A DNA stretch of 64,000 nt from Nitrospinales bacterium (GCA_965223795.1 CBDCXL010000002.1:1184001-1248000), one strand, 5' to 3'. Positions 47,056-57,336 are shown, counted from the stretch's first letter. Notes: generated from the letters alone by a model not told the origin. Numbers and translations are program-made.

Positions 47056-47466
47056 ATGAATTTCGACAAACCCTTCGACCTCCTCGTTGAATGCCGGGGC
47101 TGCGGGATCGAGAATCTCCTGCCCGGCTTCACGGCAGCGACGCCCGCGATCTGCAACCAGTGCCGCGAACGGCTTCTCGATCCGCAGATCAGCAACACCT
47201 ACCAGGAGCTGGTGTGCGAGCAGTGCGGCATGCTGCTGTTGCTTTCGAAGGACGCTCCGATCCTTTCCGGGGAATCGGTGTGCCGCTGCGGCAGCACCCA
47301 GTTTCTCCGCCACGCAGCCCCCACCCTGCCCGAATGGGTCGCCCGTCACGCCGCCCCGGATGACGACGCGGACGGCGAAGACGATTTCGACTGGTGCCGC
47401 CCGGCCGGGGGACAGGACGACCTCAACGACTACAACGACCTGTTCGACAAAGACCCCAGCCACTGA
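47056..47466 (+). CDS. Cys-rich putative zinc-ribbon protein with an acidic tail
   Basis: CRGC, CNQC, CEQC and CRCG motifs. Confidence 0.78.
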   Translation: MNFDKPFDLLVECRGCGIENLLPGFTAATPAICNQCRERLLDPQISNTYQELVCEQCGMLLLLSKDAPILSGESVCRCGSTQFLRHAAPTLPEWVARHAAPDDDADGEDDFDWCRPAGGQDDLNDYNDLFDKDPSH

Positions 47467-47686
47467 ACTCCCTCCCCCTTCATTCGGCTTATTTTCGCTT
47501 TTTGAGGTGTTTTTGAGCGAATTTCCGCACAGGCTGGATTTTTCCCTTGTCAGGGACGGAAAAAGCCCCTTATAATTACCCATTAATAATTGAATTTTTG
47601 TTAGTTATATCAACAAAGCGATTGCGGCCCTATAGCCGAACCCAGGATTTGAAGCTCATTCCGCAAACCGGCCCGGTTAGCCGTTA

Positions 47687-49000
47687 ATGGATAAAAATCA
47701 AATACTTAACACTACCGTCTCGAAGATTTCCTTTTCACTGCGGCGCGAAGCACCCGCTGAAACGCAAAAACCCGTTATGAAACAAAAGGTTCCAGCATCG
47801 GACACAGATTGGGAGAGGCATCTCGAGGAAGCGGTGGCGCTGATCGGCGTGCACCGGACCTTCCTGTTCTCGGCCGATATCGACCCGGATTCGGTGGGTT
47901 CGATGCTGTCGCTGGCCCTGTACCTCAAAAGCATGGGGAAAGGGGTGTTTCTGGTCATCTCACAGGGTCTGGGGGACAATCTGGATTACCTGGAGCACAT
48001 CATCGACTACAACGCGATTCCGGTCCTGAGAAGCCAGGAGGACATCGCCCGCGTGCAGGAGCGGGTCGACGCGGTGGTGTTCTGCGACACGGCGAACACC
48101 AAGCTGGTGCCGTTTTATCCCTACCTGTGGCAGCACATCCTCTCCAGGCCGGTGCCGGTGCTGGAGATCGACCACCATTTCGGCGCCGACAGCGAAAAAA
48201 TGACGGAGCGTGCGGTGCCGCTGTTCCGCAAGGCCAACGCCACCACGGAAATCGTCGCGGAACTGCTGCGCGCCCTGCACCGCTGCTACCCGGAAGGACC
48301 GAATCCGCTGTTTCAACGCAACATCGTTCTGAGCCTGATCACCGGCCTGGTCGGCGACACGGTGGGCGGCCGGGTGGTTCCCTACCGGGGGCGCTACCAC
48401 TACTGGATCGACACGCTCGGCCATTCGCTCCGGCAGAACACGCGCTGGCGCAAGCACAACGGCAAGCGCTCGGGGGACGACAAGGAAACCAAGTTCGGCG
48501 ATCCCGACCAGGTGCAGAAATACCTGAACCGCCTGTCCGAGGAACAGCACGCCTGCCTCAACCTGCTCAGAAGCCGCGTCAAGGTGGACGGGACCATCGA
48601 AACGCTCAACCTGCTGAACTCGACGTACGAACGGGTGCGCCACGTCTCCAGGCCCTATCACTCCGCCTGGTTCGCGGACATCCTGTTTTTCCTGCTCAAC
48701 GAGATCCCGGAAAACACGGGCAAGATCGGCGTGGTCTATTTTCACGGCAAGAACGCCGAGGACAAGGAATGCATCTACATCAAGATGCGCCGACCGGAAC
48801 GGCACGCCGCCATCGATCTCCGGCACGCGGAGCGGGACATCCGCGCGGCGTTTCTGGGGAAATACATGGGCGGCGGCGGGCATCCGGGAGCCGTCTCCTT
48901 CCGCATCCACCCACACGACGAAACCGAGTTTCTGGCCAAATTCGCCCAGGCTTTGCACGCGATCAAACAGAACCCCGCCGTCACCGGCGCGGGAGACTGA
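47687..49000 (+). CDS. DHH/DHHA1-family phosphoesterase (divergent NrnA-like); start may be 47777
   Basis: DIDPDSVGS, CDTA, IDHH, GLVGDT and GGGGHPGA motifs. Confidence 0.85.
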   Translation: MDKNQILNTTVSKISFSLRREAPAETQKPVMKQKVPASDTDWERHLEEAVALIGVHRTFLFSADIDPDSVGSMLSLALYLKSMGKGVFLVISQGLGDNLDYLEHIIDYNAIPVLRSQEDIARVQERVDAVVFCDTANTKLVPFYPYLWQHILSRPVPVLEIDHHFGADSEKMTERAVPLFRKANATTEIVAELLRALHRCYPEGPNPLFQRNIVLSLITGLVGDTVGGRVVPYRGRYHYWIDTLGHSLRQNTRWRKHNGKRSGDDKETKFGDPDQVQKYLNRLSEEQHACLNLLRSRVKVDGTIETLNLLNSTYERVRHVSRPYHSAWFADILFFLLNEIPENTGKIGVVYFHGKNAEDKECIYIKMRRPERHAAIDLRHAERDIRAAFLGKYMGGGGHPGAVSFRIHPHDETEFLAKFAQALHAIKQNPAVTGAGD

Positions 49001-49115
49001 CCCCCTTCCCGTTTCCAGCCCCTGCCCTTCTTTCAGGCTCGCGCCGTTCCCACGGCGTCACCGGAAACGAGACCTTTGCATAAATAAGGCGTATAAAAAA
49101 AATTTATCATTGAAC

Positions 49116-49174
49116 GTCACCCTGAGCTTGTCGAAGTGTGCAGGGAATCATGCTTCGACAGGCTCAGCATGACA
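49116..49174. repeat. REP-like inverted doublet between convergent genes
   Basis: GTCACCCTGAGCTTGTCGAAG-N16-CTTCGACAGGCTCAGCATGAC; 21-bp arms with 3 mismatches. Confidence 0.88.
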
Positions 49175-49199
49175 GGGCATGGATTTATACAAAGGTCGC

Positions 49200-50663
49200 T
49201 CAACGGTTGACGATTTTTTTGAGCACGGCGCGGTCGGATGCGTCGAAGGCTTTGAGCAGCCACAACCCCACCGCATAGACTCCCGCCGCCAACACAACGC
49301 GAATCCCCAGAAGCAGAAATTCCACGGCGAGCAGCAGCGCCGCCATCGCCGCAGACGCGATGACAGGCTTCCACGCTATCCTGAAAAACGGCGCGCCTCC
49401 GAGAAAACCGCGCAGCATCGGCAGATACACCGCGAACAGCACGCACTGTGTGCCGGCCGCGACAGCGGCGGCTCCCATCACGCCCCAGCGCGGGATGGCG
49501 AGCGCCAGCGCAAGCGGACTGAGCAGGGCGCAGGCTCCGGCGGCTTTGAGCACCGAGTGGGTGCGGTGCCCGGAAACCAGAAGCGACGCAGCCAGGTCGT
49601 TCAGGCACAGAAACGGAAATCCCAGCGCCATGACGGCCAGGACGACGCCCGCGCCGGCGTAGCGTTCGCCGTAAACCAGATCGACAATCGGCGCCGCGCA
49701 CAGCGCCATGCCCGCGGCGAGGGGAACGGTGAGCAGCAGCAGGTAGCGTGCCGATTGCTCCCAGAGACGCGCGGAGGCGGCGGGGTCGTTTTTGAAACTT
49801 CTGGACAGCACGGGGTACAGCGCGAGGCGCACGCTGGCCATGAGCAGGGACAGGGCTTCGACCAGCTTGAACGCCGCCGCGTAGCGTCCGGTCTCGGTCT
49901 CGCCGATGAAAAAAAACACCAGCACGGCGTCGATGCGGAAACAGATGTAGGTGAACAGCACGACGCCGCAGACGGGTGCGGCCTGTTTGAGGATTTCACG
50001 GAGGCGCCGCCCACCGGCCGCGGCGGAGGGGAACAGGTGATGCCGGTGCAGCTGCCAGACGGCGAGCACGAGGCTGATGCAGGCGGCGAAGAAAAACGCC
50101 GCCGAGAATCCCACCACGTCCGCACCGCTTAAGAGGACGGCCAGCCCGAGAGCGAAAAACAACACCCGCGCCACAACGGTGAGGACGGAAACCCGCGCCA
50201 TCTCTTCGAATGCGCGGAACACGGCGAGGATCATGTCGGTGTAGCCGTGCACCATCAAGGCCAGCCCGATCAACAGCGCGACGGAGACGGCCTGCGCGGA
50301 AAGCCCAGAAAGCCGCAGCCCCACCGCCAGCAGAATCACCGTCAGGAGCGACAAACCCGCTTTGAGCGCGAACACGTTTTTCAAATACAGATGCGCCCGT
50401 TCGGGCCTGACGCTCACTTCGCGGGTCAGGTACAGGCCGAGGCCGGTGTCGATGAACACGGTGAGCGTCCCGGTCAGGGAAAAGGCGAAGGTGAAGACGC
50501 CGAACCCCGCCTCCCCCAGGTAGCGCGCGGCCACCACCTGGGTCAACAGCGCCAGCACTTTGGCGAGCGCTTCCGCGCCGAACAGCCACAGGGAATTCGT
50601 CACGACGCGGGCGGCGGTGTCGCCGCCTGCGGGAGCCAGGTGCTCCTGGGATTCATCGTTCAT
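49200..50663 (-). CDS. Wzx-type polysaccharide flippase (MOP superfamily)
   Basis: NSLWL..ARYLG...FG.F...D.GL...LTRE; about 12-14 TM; G.Y.AA..L. Confidence 0.9.
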   Translation of the reverse strand: MNDESQEHLAPAGGDTAARVVTNSLWLFGAEALAKVLALLTQVVAARYLGEAGFGVFTFAFSLTGTLTVFIDTGLGLYLTREVSVRPERAHLYLKNVFALKAGLSLLTVILLAVGLRLSGLSAQAVSVALLIGLALMVHGYTDMILAVFRAFEEMARVSVLTVVARVLFFALGLAVLLSGADVVGFSAAFFFAACISLVLAVWQLHRHHLFPSAAAGGRRLREILKQAAPVCGVVLFTYICFRIDAVLVFFFIGETETGRYAAAFKLVEALSLLMASVRLALYPVLSRSFKNDPAASARLWEQSARYLLLLTVPLAAGMALCAAPIVDLVYGERYAGAGVVLAVMALGFPFLCLNDLAASLLVSGHRTHSVLKAAGACALLSPLALALAIPRWGVMGAAAVAAGTQCVLFAVYLPMLRGFLGGAPFFRIAWKPVIASAAMAALLLAVEFLLLGIRVVLAAGVYAVGLWLLKAFDASDRAVLKKIVNR

Positions 50664-50701
50664 GCGCTTCTTTCAAAGGGGGGATGCGGCCCGTAAGGCG
50701 G

Positions 50702-52306
50702 TCACGAGGCGGCGGGTTCCTTGAGGCTCAGGCGTTTGAGATAGAGTAGCTCCATCGCGTTCATCTGAAAGCCCTGCACGCGCGATTTCATGAGCAGGTT
50801 CTGCACCTGGATGAAAAGCGGGATCATGGCGGCGTCGGTCTCGGTGAGCAGGGTCTGCGCCTCATCGTAGATGGCCTGGCGTTTTCCTTTGTCGCGCACG
50901 GTGGGCCCCTGCGCCACGAGAGCGTCGTAACGCGTATTGGCCCATTTGAGCCGGTTGTTGCCGCTGGTCGAGAGAAACAGATTCATGAAATTGTCCGGGT
51001 CGGGGAAATCCGCGCCCCAGCCGAGGCGGAAAATCTGCGGCGGGTCGGTCTGCAGGCGGCTCAGGAACACCTTCCACTCCAGGTTCTCGAACTCGATGTC
51101 CACGTTGAGGTGCTGTTTCCACTGGTCCTGCACGAACTCGGCGATGAGCCGGTTGCGGCTTTCGGAATTGAACAGCGCCACCGAACGGGGAAAGCCTTTG
51201 CCGCCGGGATAGCCCGCTTCGGCCAGCAGCCGTCTGGCTTTTTCGGGATCGAAGTGCGCGCCGATGTCCGGGTTGTAGGCGAACATGCCCTTGGGAATCC
51301 AGGACGCGGTGGGAATCTCGCCGCCCTTCAGGATGACGGGAATCCGGGAACGGTCGATGGCGTGCGCGAAGGCGCGGCGCACGCGCACGTCGTCGAACGG
51401 CGGCTTGGTCACGTTCATGCCGTAATAGTAGCCGCGCAGCTGCGGCAGTTTGCGGTATTCGGCATGGGTTTCGTAATGCGGGATGGCCACGGGAGGCAGT
51501 TCCACCAAATCCAGCTCGCCGGTCTCGTACAGGGTGAGCGCCGTGGTGGGCTCCTCCACCACGTACACCTCGACGGTGTCGATGGGCGGTTTTCCCTCGA
51601 AGTGCCGCTCGTTCGCCTTGAGCACGAGCTTGTATTCGTGCTGCCATTCCTTGAGCAGGTACGGCCCGTTGGTGACGATGTTCTCCGGGTCGGTCCAGTT
51701 GTCGCCGTGGCGGGTGACGACGTCCTCGCGCTGCGGGTAAGTCACCATGAAGGTGGTGATACTGGGAAAATACACCACCGGCTTTTTGAGTTTCACCTCC
51801 AGCACGGTGTCGGACAACGCGCGCACGCCGACTTTACCGGGGTCGGTGACCGTGCCGGCGTTGTACTCGGCGGCGTTTTCGATGTCGAACAGAAAGTAGG
51901 CGTACTGGGCGGCGGTTTTGGGATTGAGCAGCCGCTTCCAGGAATACTCGAAATCCTTCGCGGTGACGGGCACGCCGTCGCTCCAATACACGTCGTCGCG
52001 CAAATAATAAGTGATGGTTTTGCCGTCTTCGGAAAACTTCCATTCCTTGGCCACCGCCGGGACGGCCTTGAGGTCGGCGGTGTACTGGGTGAGGCCTTCC
52101 ATCAGGTTGGTGAGGATGTTGAAGGAGATGCTGTCGGTGGCCAGGGTCCAGTCCAGGGTCGGCGGGTTGGCGCGCACCGACATGCGGAAGGTATCGGTAT
52201 TCCGGACTCCGGCATCGGCGCAGGCGAGAAGATTCGCCAGTAAGAACAATCGGGTGCAGGCCCACAGGATCGACGCCAGGGAACGTGGCAGCGCAGCGGA
52301 TTTCAT
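50702..52306 (-). CDS. Peptide ABC transporter substrate-binding lipoprotein (OppA family)
   Basis: Lipobox LLAC; WSDG.PVTA.DF.YSW.R, NGPY, PFDD.RVRRA and W.AD.PDP..F motifs. Confidence 0.93.
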   Translation of the reverse strand: MKSAALPRSLASILWACTRLFLLANLLACADAGVRNTDTFRMSVRANPPTLDWTLATDSISFNILTNLMEGLTQYTADLKAVPAVAKEWKFSEDGKTITYYLRDDVYWSDGVPVTAKDFEYSWKRLLNPKTAAQYAYFLFDIENAAEYNAGTVTDPGKVGVRALSDTVLEVKLKKPVVYFPSITTFMVTYPQREDVVTRHGDNWTDPENIVTNGPYLLKEWQHEYKLVLKANERHFEGKPPIDTVEVYVVEEPTTALTLYETGELDLVELPPVAIPHYETHAEYRKLPQLRGYYYGMNVTKPPFDDVRVRRAFAHAIDRSRIPVILKGGEIPTASWIPKGMFAYNPDIGAHFDPEKARRLLAEAGYPGGKGFPRSVALFNSESRNRLIAEFVQDQWKQHLNVDIEFENLEWKVFLSRLQTDPPQIFRLGWGADFPDPDNFMNLFLSTSGNNRLKWANTRYDALVAQGPTVRDKGKRQAIYDEAQTLLTETDAAMIPLFIQVQNLLMKSRVQGFQMNAMELLYLKRLSLKEPAAS

Positions 52307-52451
52307 GCGCGTCAGCATACCATGAGCCCCGGTTTGTGGAAAGCCGGGGACGCGGCATCGCGCGCCCGAATCCACCGGGCGGCACGTGGATATTAATTCT
52401 TTACTTTTCAAGGGACATCGATAGAATGAAATGTTTTAATCCCGGACACAC

Positions 52452-53117
52452 ATGGCAGACGACCTTTCCTACATCCGCAAATGGCTCAAGCGCGGCCTGA
52501 GCAAGGACAAGCGCACGCTCGATCTTTCCGGAAAAGGCATCGACAACCTGATCGCAATGGAAATCGCCGAAAACATGGCGGTGCCGGATCTGGAGATCCT
52601 CTACCTGCACACCAACCGCATCAAGGATCCCGGCCTGGAAGAGCTGGCCGAATCGGATCTCGTCGAACCGTTGCGCGAGTTGTGGCTGTACGAGAACAAG
52701 ATCGGCGACGACGGCGCCGCGGCCCTGGCGGATTCCTCGAAAATCATCCGCCTCAAATACCTCAGTCTGTACACCAACCGGATCGGCGATGCGGGTGCGG
52801 AGGCGCTGGCCGAGTCGGGCGCGCTGGCGCAGCTGGAAACGCTGGACCTTTCCTTCAACCGCATCGGCGACGCCGGTGCGGAAGCGCTGGCGAACTCGAC
52901 GAAACTGAAAAACCTCAAGGTGCTGCATCTGGACGCCAACCGCATCGGCCTCAAAGGCATGCGCGCCCTGGCCGATGCCAAAGGCCTCAAGCGGCTGACG
53001 ACGCTCAACCTGGTGTACAACAAGATCGAGCCTTTGGGCCTGGAGCTGATGCGCGACTCGGAGCGTCTCAAAAGCCTGGACGTTCTCAAAACCGATTTGT
53101 TCCAAGCCGATGATTGA
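52452..53117 (+). CDS. LRR protein (28-aa RNI/GALA-like)
   Basis: Six L..L.L..N.IGD.GA.ALA.S repeats. Confidence 0.92.
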   Translation: MADDLSYIRKWLKRGLSKDKRTLDLSGKGIDNLIAMEIAENMAVPDLEILYLHTNRIKDPGLEELAESDLVEPLRELWLYENKIGDDGAAALADSSKIIRLKYLSLYTNRIGDAGAEALAESGALAQLETLDLSFNRIGDAGAEALANSTKLKNLKVLHLDANRIGLKGMRALADAKGLKRLTTLNLVYNKIEPLGLELMRDSERLKSLDVLKTDLFQADD

Positions 53118-54591
53118 AGAAGGCAGCAAGGACGCAGCGAAACAGGACCTACGCCGGGTCCGCAACCTGCGTGAACAGGCGGAACGCGGCGGCCCGGTGC
53201 TCAACCTGAGCTACGAACGGCTGGGAGACGCGGGTCTGGTGCTGCTCACGCGGACGTTCGACCTGTCCCATGTCCGCACGCTCGATCTGAGCTGGAACGA
53301 AATCACCGGCACGGGCCTTGCAACGCTGTGCGACTGCACCTCGCTCGGTGGGCTGAAAACGCTGATCCTCGACGCCAATCGCATCGGCGATGCGGGCGCG
53401 AATGCACTTGCGGCGGCGCATTTCCCGAATCTGGAAACGGTGAGCCTGGTGCAAAACCGGGTGGGCGACGACGGCGCGCTGCACCTGATCAAATCGAAAA
53501 CGCTCGCCAATCTGAGACGGCTGGATCTGGAACTCAACCGCATCGGCCGTTCCCGGCTTTCCCGCTTTCCCGACGGCGCGGCGAACCCGGCGCTCAAATT
53601 TCTCAACCTCCGGCGCAACGCCATCGAAGATGAAACGCTTGCCGACTGGATTCCCACAGGCGCGTTCGCGCCTATCGAACAGCTCAACCTCGGCTGGAAT
53701 CAGATCGGCGACAGCGGTGCCGCAAAGCTGGCGGCGGCGCCGACGCTGGCCGATTTGAAAGAACTGTTTCTCGATTCCAATGCGATCGGCGATGCCGGCG
53801 CGAAAGCGCTGGCGGATTCAAAATACCTTGCCGCCCTTTCCAGGCTGCATCTTTTCGACAATGCGTTTTCCCGCGAAGGCGAGCGCGCGTTGTTGGACCT
53901 GCACGCGCGGGCGCTGCTGCGCGACTGCCTGCGCGACGGCGTTCTCGATTGCAACGAACGCGGTCTCGGCGCCAAGGACCTCGAAGCGCTGGTGCGATCG
54001 CAGGGATTCGCCGAGGTGACCGCGCTTTCGCTCAGAGGCAACGGGCTCGACCATAACGCCATGCGGGCGCTGGCCGCGGCGGGCGCGCAGCTCACGTCGC
54101 TCAACCTGATGGGCAATCCCATCGGCAACAAGGGGGCGGTGATTCTGGCGGAATCGAACGCGGGATTGAAAACGCTCAATCTGGAACGCACCGGCATCCG
54201 CGCCGCCGGGTGTCTGGCGCTGGCCCGGTCGAAAACCCTGCAGGCACTGGAAACGCTCCATTTAAGCGGCAACGATCTCAGCGCCAAAGGCATCCGCCAT
54301 CTGGGAGGTTCTTCCACGCTTGCCAAACTCAAACGCCTGAACGCCACGGACGTGGCGATGGGCGATGCCGGGTTCGTGTCGCTGGTGCAATCGGATCATC
54401 TGGGGAATCTGGAGGAACTGACGCTCAACGGCAACGGCATCACGCGCGCGGGAATCGAAGCGTTCGCGCGCGCGTCGAACCTTGTGTCTCTGAAAAAGCT
54501 CGATCTCAGGCGCAACGATTTCAGATCCGAGGACTGCTTTTTCATGGCCGATTCGCCGCGGTTTCAGAAACTGGAGCGGCTCAGGTTCTGA
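53110..54591 (+). CDS. Long LRR protein (28-aa RNI/GALA-like)
   Basis: About 15 LRRs; overlaps the preceding gene, suggesting translational coupling. Confidence 0.9.
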   Translation: MIEEGSKDAAKQDLRRVRNLREQAERGGPVLNLSYERLGDAGLVLLTRTFDLSHVRTLDLSWNEITGTGLATLCDCTSLGGLKTLILDANRIGDAGANALAAAHFPNLETVSLVQNRVGDDGALHLIKSKTLANLRRLDLELNRIGRSRLSRFPDGAANPALKFLNLRRNAIEDETLADWIPTGAFAPIEQLNLGWNQIGDSGAAKLAAAPTLADLKELFLDSNAIGDAGAKALADSKYLAALSRLHLFDNAFSREGERALLDLHARALLRDCLRDGVLDCNERGLGAKDLEALVRSQGFAEVTALSLRGNGLDHNAMRALAAAGAQLTSLNLMGNPIGNKGAVILAESNAGLKTLNLERTGIRAAGCLALARSKTLQALETLHLSGNDLSAKGIRHLGGSSTLAKLKRLNATDVAMGDAGFVSLVQSDHLGNLEELTLNGNGITRAGIEAFARASNLVSLKKLDLRRNDFRSEDCFFMADSPRFQKLERLRF

Positions 54592-54671
54592 CGCGCTGAT
54601 TGGAAATCCTACCGGAGTGTGTTCGAAGGCCGATCTTGTCCGGGGACGACGGCTTTGCCCGAGCGGGCAAT

Positions 54672-54941
54672 TTATTTTCCGCTGGCGGCGAACCCTTTTT
54701 GCGCGACGCCGCTCCAGCCTTTGTTCTTCATGCAGTAGTTGAAAATCTCCTGCCACTTGAGGGTCCAGGTGATGCCGCCGACGCCGAAACCCCGCGAAGC
54801 GGTGTCGGCTTTCTCGTTGCAGGCAGCGGTGTCGAGGGCGAGCTGTCTTTCCTGTTCCTGGGTCAGGGATTGGCGGGGGGGTGCGGAGGCGCAGTGGGCC
54901 AACAGCAGGGCACAGACCAGAATCAGGAGTGTTTTGGGCAT
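54672..54941 (-). CDS. Small lipoprotein
   Basis: Lipobox LAHC; D...C...A and F..CM..KGW motifs; GAGGA RBS. Confidence 0.8.
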   Translation of the reverse strand: MPKTLLILVCALLLAHCASAPPRQSLTQEQERQLALDTAACNEKADTASRGFGVGGITWTLKWQEIFNYCMKNKGWSGVAQKGFAASGK

Positions 54942-55222
54942 AGGTCCTCATCCGACCCTCCCAGCTCCCCTCTGGCAACGGGCCTTCCTCCTCGTTTGGC
55001 GTCCCCTCTATCAATTTAACACAATTGTTGCCGGGGCTAGACGCCGATGTGACGCTGGAGATTTAACCTTAAAGTCAGGGGAGTATCCGGGCTGCGAATT
55101 CATCCTGCGGCTTCCAGACGATGACAAAACAGTTCATTTTATCATAACCCATTGATTTTATTAAATTATTTTACTACCCCGGCACGGCCGCAAGCGTTGC
55201 GTAAAAACGAAAGGGAACGATC

Positions 55223-55606
55223 ATGAAGACAGCGTCCATGATTAAAAAATTTTCGTTCGAAATCATCGTGTCGGGCCTGTTCGTTTTTCTGGTCACCTTT
55301 TACTTTGTTTTTCCCCCGGTCGGCAAGGCCGAGGGGCAGACCGCCGATGTGTTGAGCGCGAAGGTCATGAAGCTTTACGACGCCGGAAATTACGCGCAAG
55401 CGGTGCCTTTGGCCCAAAAAGTACTGAGAATCCGCGAGAACACGCAGGGCGCGGAACATCCGGACGTGGCCACCGCGCTGCAGACGCTGGCGGGCATTTA
55501 CCAGGCGGTGGGCGATTATGAAACCGCCGCGCCGCTGGATCAGCGGGCGCTGGAAATCCTGAAAAAACACGAAGCGTCCGCACCGGCATCAGAACCCGCC
55601 TCCTGA
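55223..55606 (+). CDS. Short secreted TPR protein
   Basis: GAEHPDVATALQTLAGIY..G.Y..A.PL.QRALEI. Confidence 0.85.
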   Translation: MKTASMIKKFSFEIIVSGLFVFLVTFYFVFPPVGKAEGQTADVLSAKVMKLYDAGNYAQAVPLAQKVLRIRENTQGAEHPDVATALQTLAGIYQAVGDYETAAPLDQRALEILKKHEASAPASEPAS

Positions 55607-55679
55607 CAGTCCGGGCTTTTCCAGCCCTTTTGCGTGACCCTCCCTGATTTTCCCCGCCTTATTGCGGCTTGCATCGCGG

Positions 55680-55708
55680 TTGACAAGTGGCGTGAGCTGA
55701 AATAAATT
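55680..55708 (+). promoter_or_regulatory. Putative sigma70 promoter
   Basis: TTGACA-N17-TAAATT. Confidence 0.6.
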
Positions 55709-55902
55709 GTAGGGTATCCCAAAGGTTCGACGAGGACCTCCACTGTTTCGAACAATTTCTTTAAGGCCGCTCACGGGCCGCGACTTCAAAAGGCCCTTCC
55801 CAGACCTGAGCCACGCATTCAGAAGCACATACTGGGTCAAACGTATTCACCGGGACGCCGGGGTGAGCGATGCCGATCGACAACCTCAACAGGGGAAGTG
55901 AA

Positions 55903-56472
55903 ATGAAACTTAAAACGCGAGTGTGCGCCGGACTGGTTTTCGCGTTCGCGGTCGCTTTATCGGGCTGCAACCAGGGTGCGGAGCAGAAAAAAGAAGGCCC
56001 CACGACGTCCGAGAGCAGCGTGAAAGAGGGACAGCCCCCTTCCGCTCTGGCGGGGATCAAAAAGGAAGTGAAGGAAACCACCGAAAAGGTCGTGGAGAAG
56101 GTGGAAGAAACGACGGAAAAGGTGGCTGAGAATATCGAAGAAAAAACCGACCAGGCGGTGGGCATGATCGCCAAGCTGGCCAACAGCGGCGCGCTTCTGG
56201 TACCGATTGAAACCGACGGCGGACCGGAAAACAACGAAGGCGTCGGCCACTACAAGGAAGGTCACTGGGAGGTTTCCGAAAAGCATTTCCGCAAAGCGCT
56301 GGAAGCAAATTCCGAACTTCCGGAGGCGCATTACAATCTGGCTCTGACTCTGGACAAGCTGGACAAGCACCAGGAAGCCACCAACCACTTCGAGACCGCC
56401 CTGGATCTCGATCCGGACAATCCCAAGATCCGCGACTCGGAAATTTTGCAGGACCATGTGGGCGGCAGCTGA
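55903..56472 (+). CDS. TPR lipoprotein
   Basis: Lipobox LSGC; low-complexity KE/ET region; PEAHYNLALTL TPR. Confidence 0.88.
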   Translation: MKLKTRVCAGLVFAFAVALSGCNQGAEQKKEGPTTSESSVKEGQPPSALAGIKKEVKETTEKVVEKVEETTEKVAENIEEKTDQAVGMIAKLANSGALLVPIETDGGPENNEGVGHYKEGHWEVSEKHFRKALEANSELPEAHYNLALTLDKLDKHQEATNHFETALDLDPDNPKIRDSEILQDHVGGS

Positions 56473-56484
56473 CCGGCCCGCGCG

Positions 56485-57276
56485 CTATTCCCGCGGGGTT
56501 TCCATTTTGCGGGCGATGAACAGGTGGTTCTGCACGAACGGCCGAAACACCGCCGCCAGGGCGGTATCGGCGGCGTTGTAGGCCTTGACGAAGGCGGCGC
56601 TGTTTTTCATTCCGGCGGGCAGCCGTGCAAGCTCGTTACGCGGCAGGAATGCGTAGGAGCGGAGGCTCTCCAGCTTGAGCCCGGAGTCCCGGCACAAACG
56701 GCGGATGCCCGCGTGCGTGAACTTGTAGGGATGCTGGTGCTTGGAGGGAAACAGGCGGACGAGCGTTTCGATCCAGCTGAACCTGTTGGGAAAATGAAAG
56801 CACAAAAACCGGCCGCCGGGTTTTAAGATGCGGCGGATTTCCAGCAGGCTTTTCACCTCGTCGCCGCCGTGCTGGCGCACGTGTTCGAGCACCCCAACAG
56901 ACACCACCGCGTCGAACGTCTCCGCTTCATAAGGCAGCGCCACCGGATCGCCGTCACTCTCCCGGTAGCGGTAGGTTTCCGGGTAGCGGCTCTCCAGTGT
57001 CCTGGGAACCGGGCAGCCTTGGGGATTGTAATCGTCCGCGGAGACGACGTTGAAACCTTCGGCGCGGTAGCCCTGGTGCAGCAGAAACGCGCTGAAATGA
57101 CCGTCGCCGCAGCCCCAGTCCAGCACCCTCGCACCCGATTCGACCATTCGCGTTACATATTCGTAAACGATCCAGTACTGCGCGGCGGTGGCGGGATTGT
57201 CGAACCGGGGCAGGTTCCATTCGTTGAGCTGCGGGTACACCTCCATCCAGCGGCGTTCGCGTTCACTCCACGGCAT
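56485..57276 (-). CDS. Class I SAM-dependent methyltransferase
   Basis: VLDWGCGDG, LPY...FDAV...VLEH and RILKPGG motifs. Confidence 0.9.
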   Translation of the reverse strand: MPWSERERRWMEVYPQLNEWNLPRFDNPATAAQYWIVYEYVTRMVESGARVLDWGCGDGHFSAFLLHQGYRAEGFNVVSADDYNPQGCPVPRTLESRYPETYRYRESDGDPVALPYEAETFDAVVSVGVLEHVRQHGGDEVKSLLEIRRILKPGGRFLCFHFPNRFSWIETLVRLFPSKHQHPYKFTHAGIRRLCRDSGLKLESLRSYAFLPRNELARLPAGMKNSAAFVKAYNAADTALAAVFRPFVQNHLFIARKMETPRE

Positions 57277-57301
57277 GCGGCTTCCTTTTCACGAATCAGG
57301 C

Positions 57302-57336
57302 AAAAAAAAGCCCGCAGGGTGAAAACCCCGCGGGCC
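57302..57336 (-). terminator. Intrinsic terminator of the nuoF-like gene
   Basis: Minus strand GCCCGCGGGG-TTTTCA-CCCTGCGGGC followed by a T-run. Confidence 0.8.
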
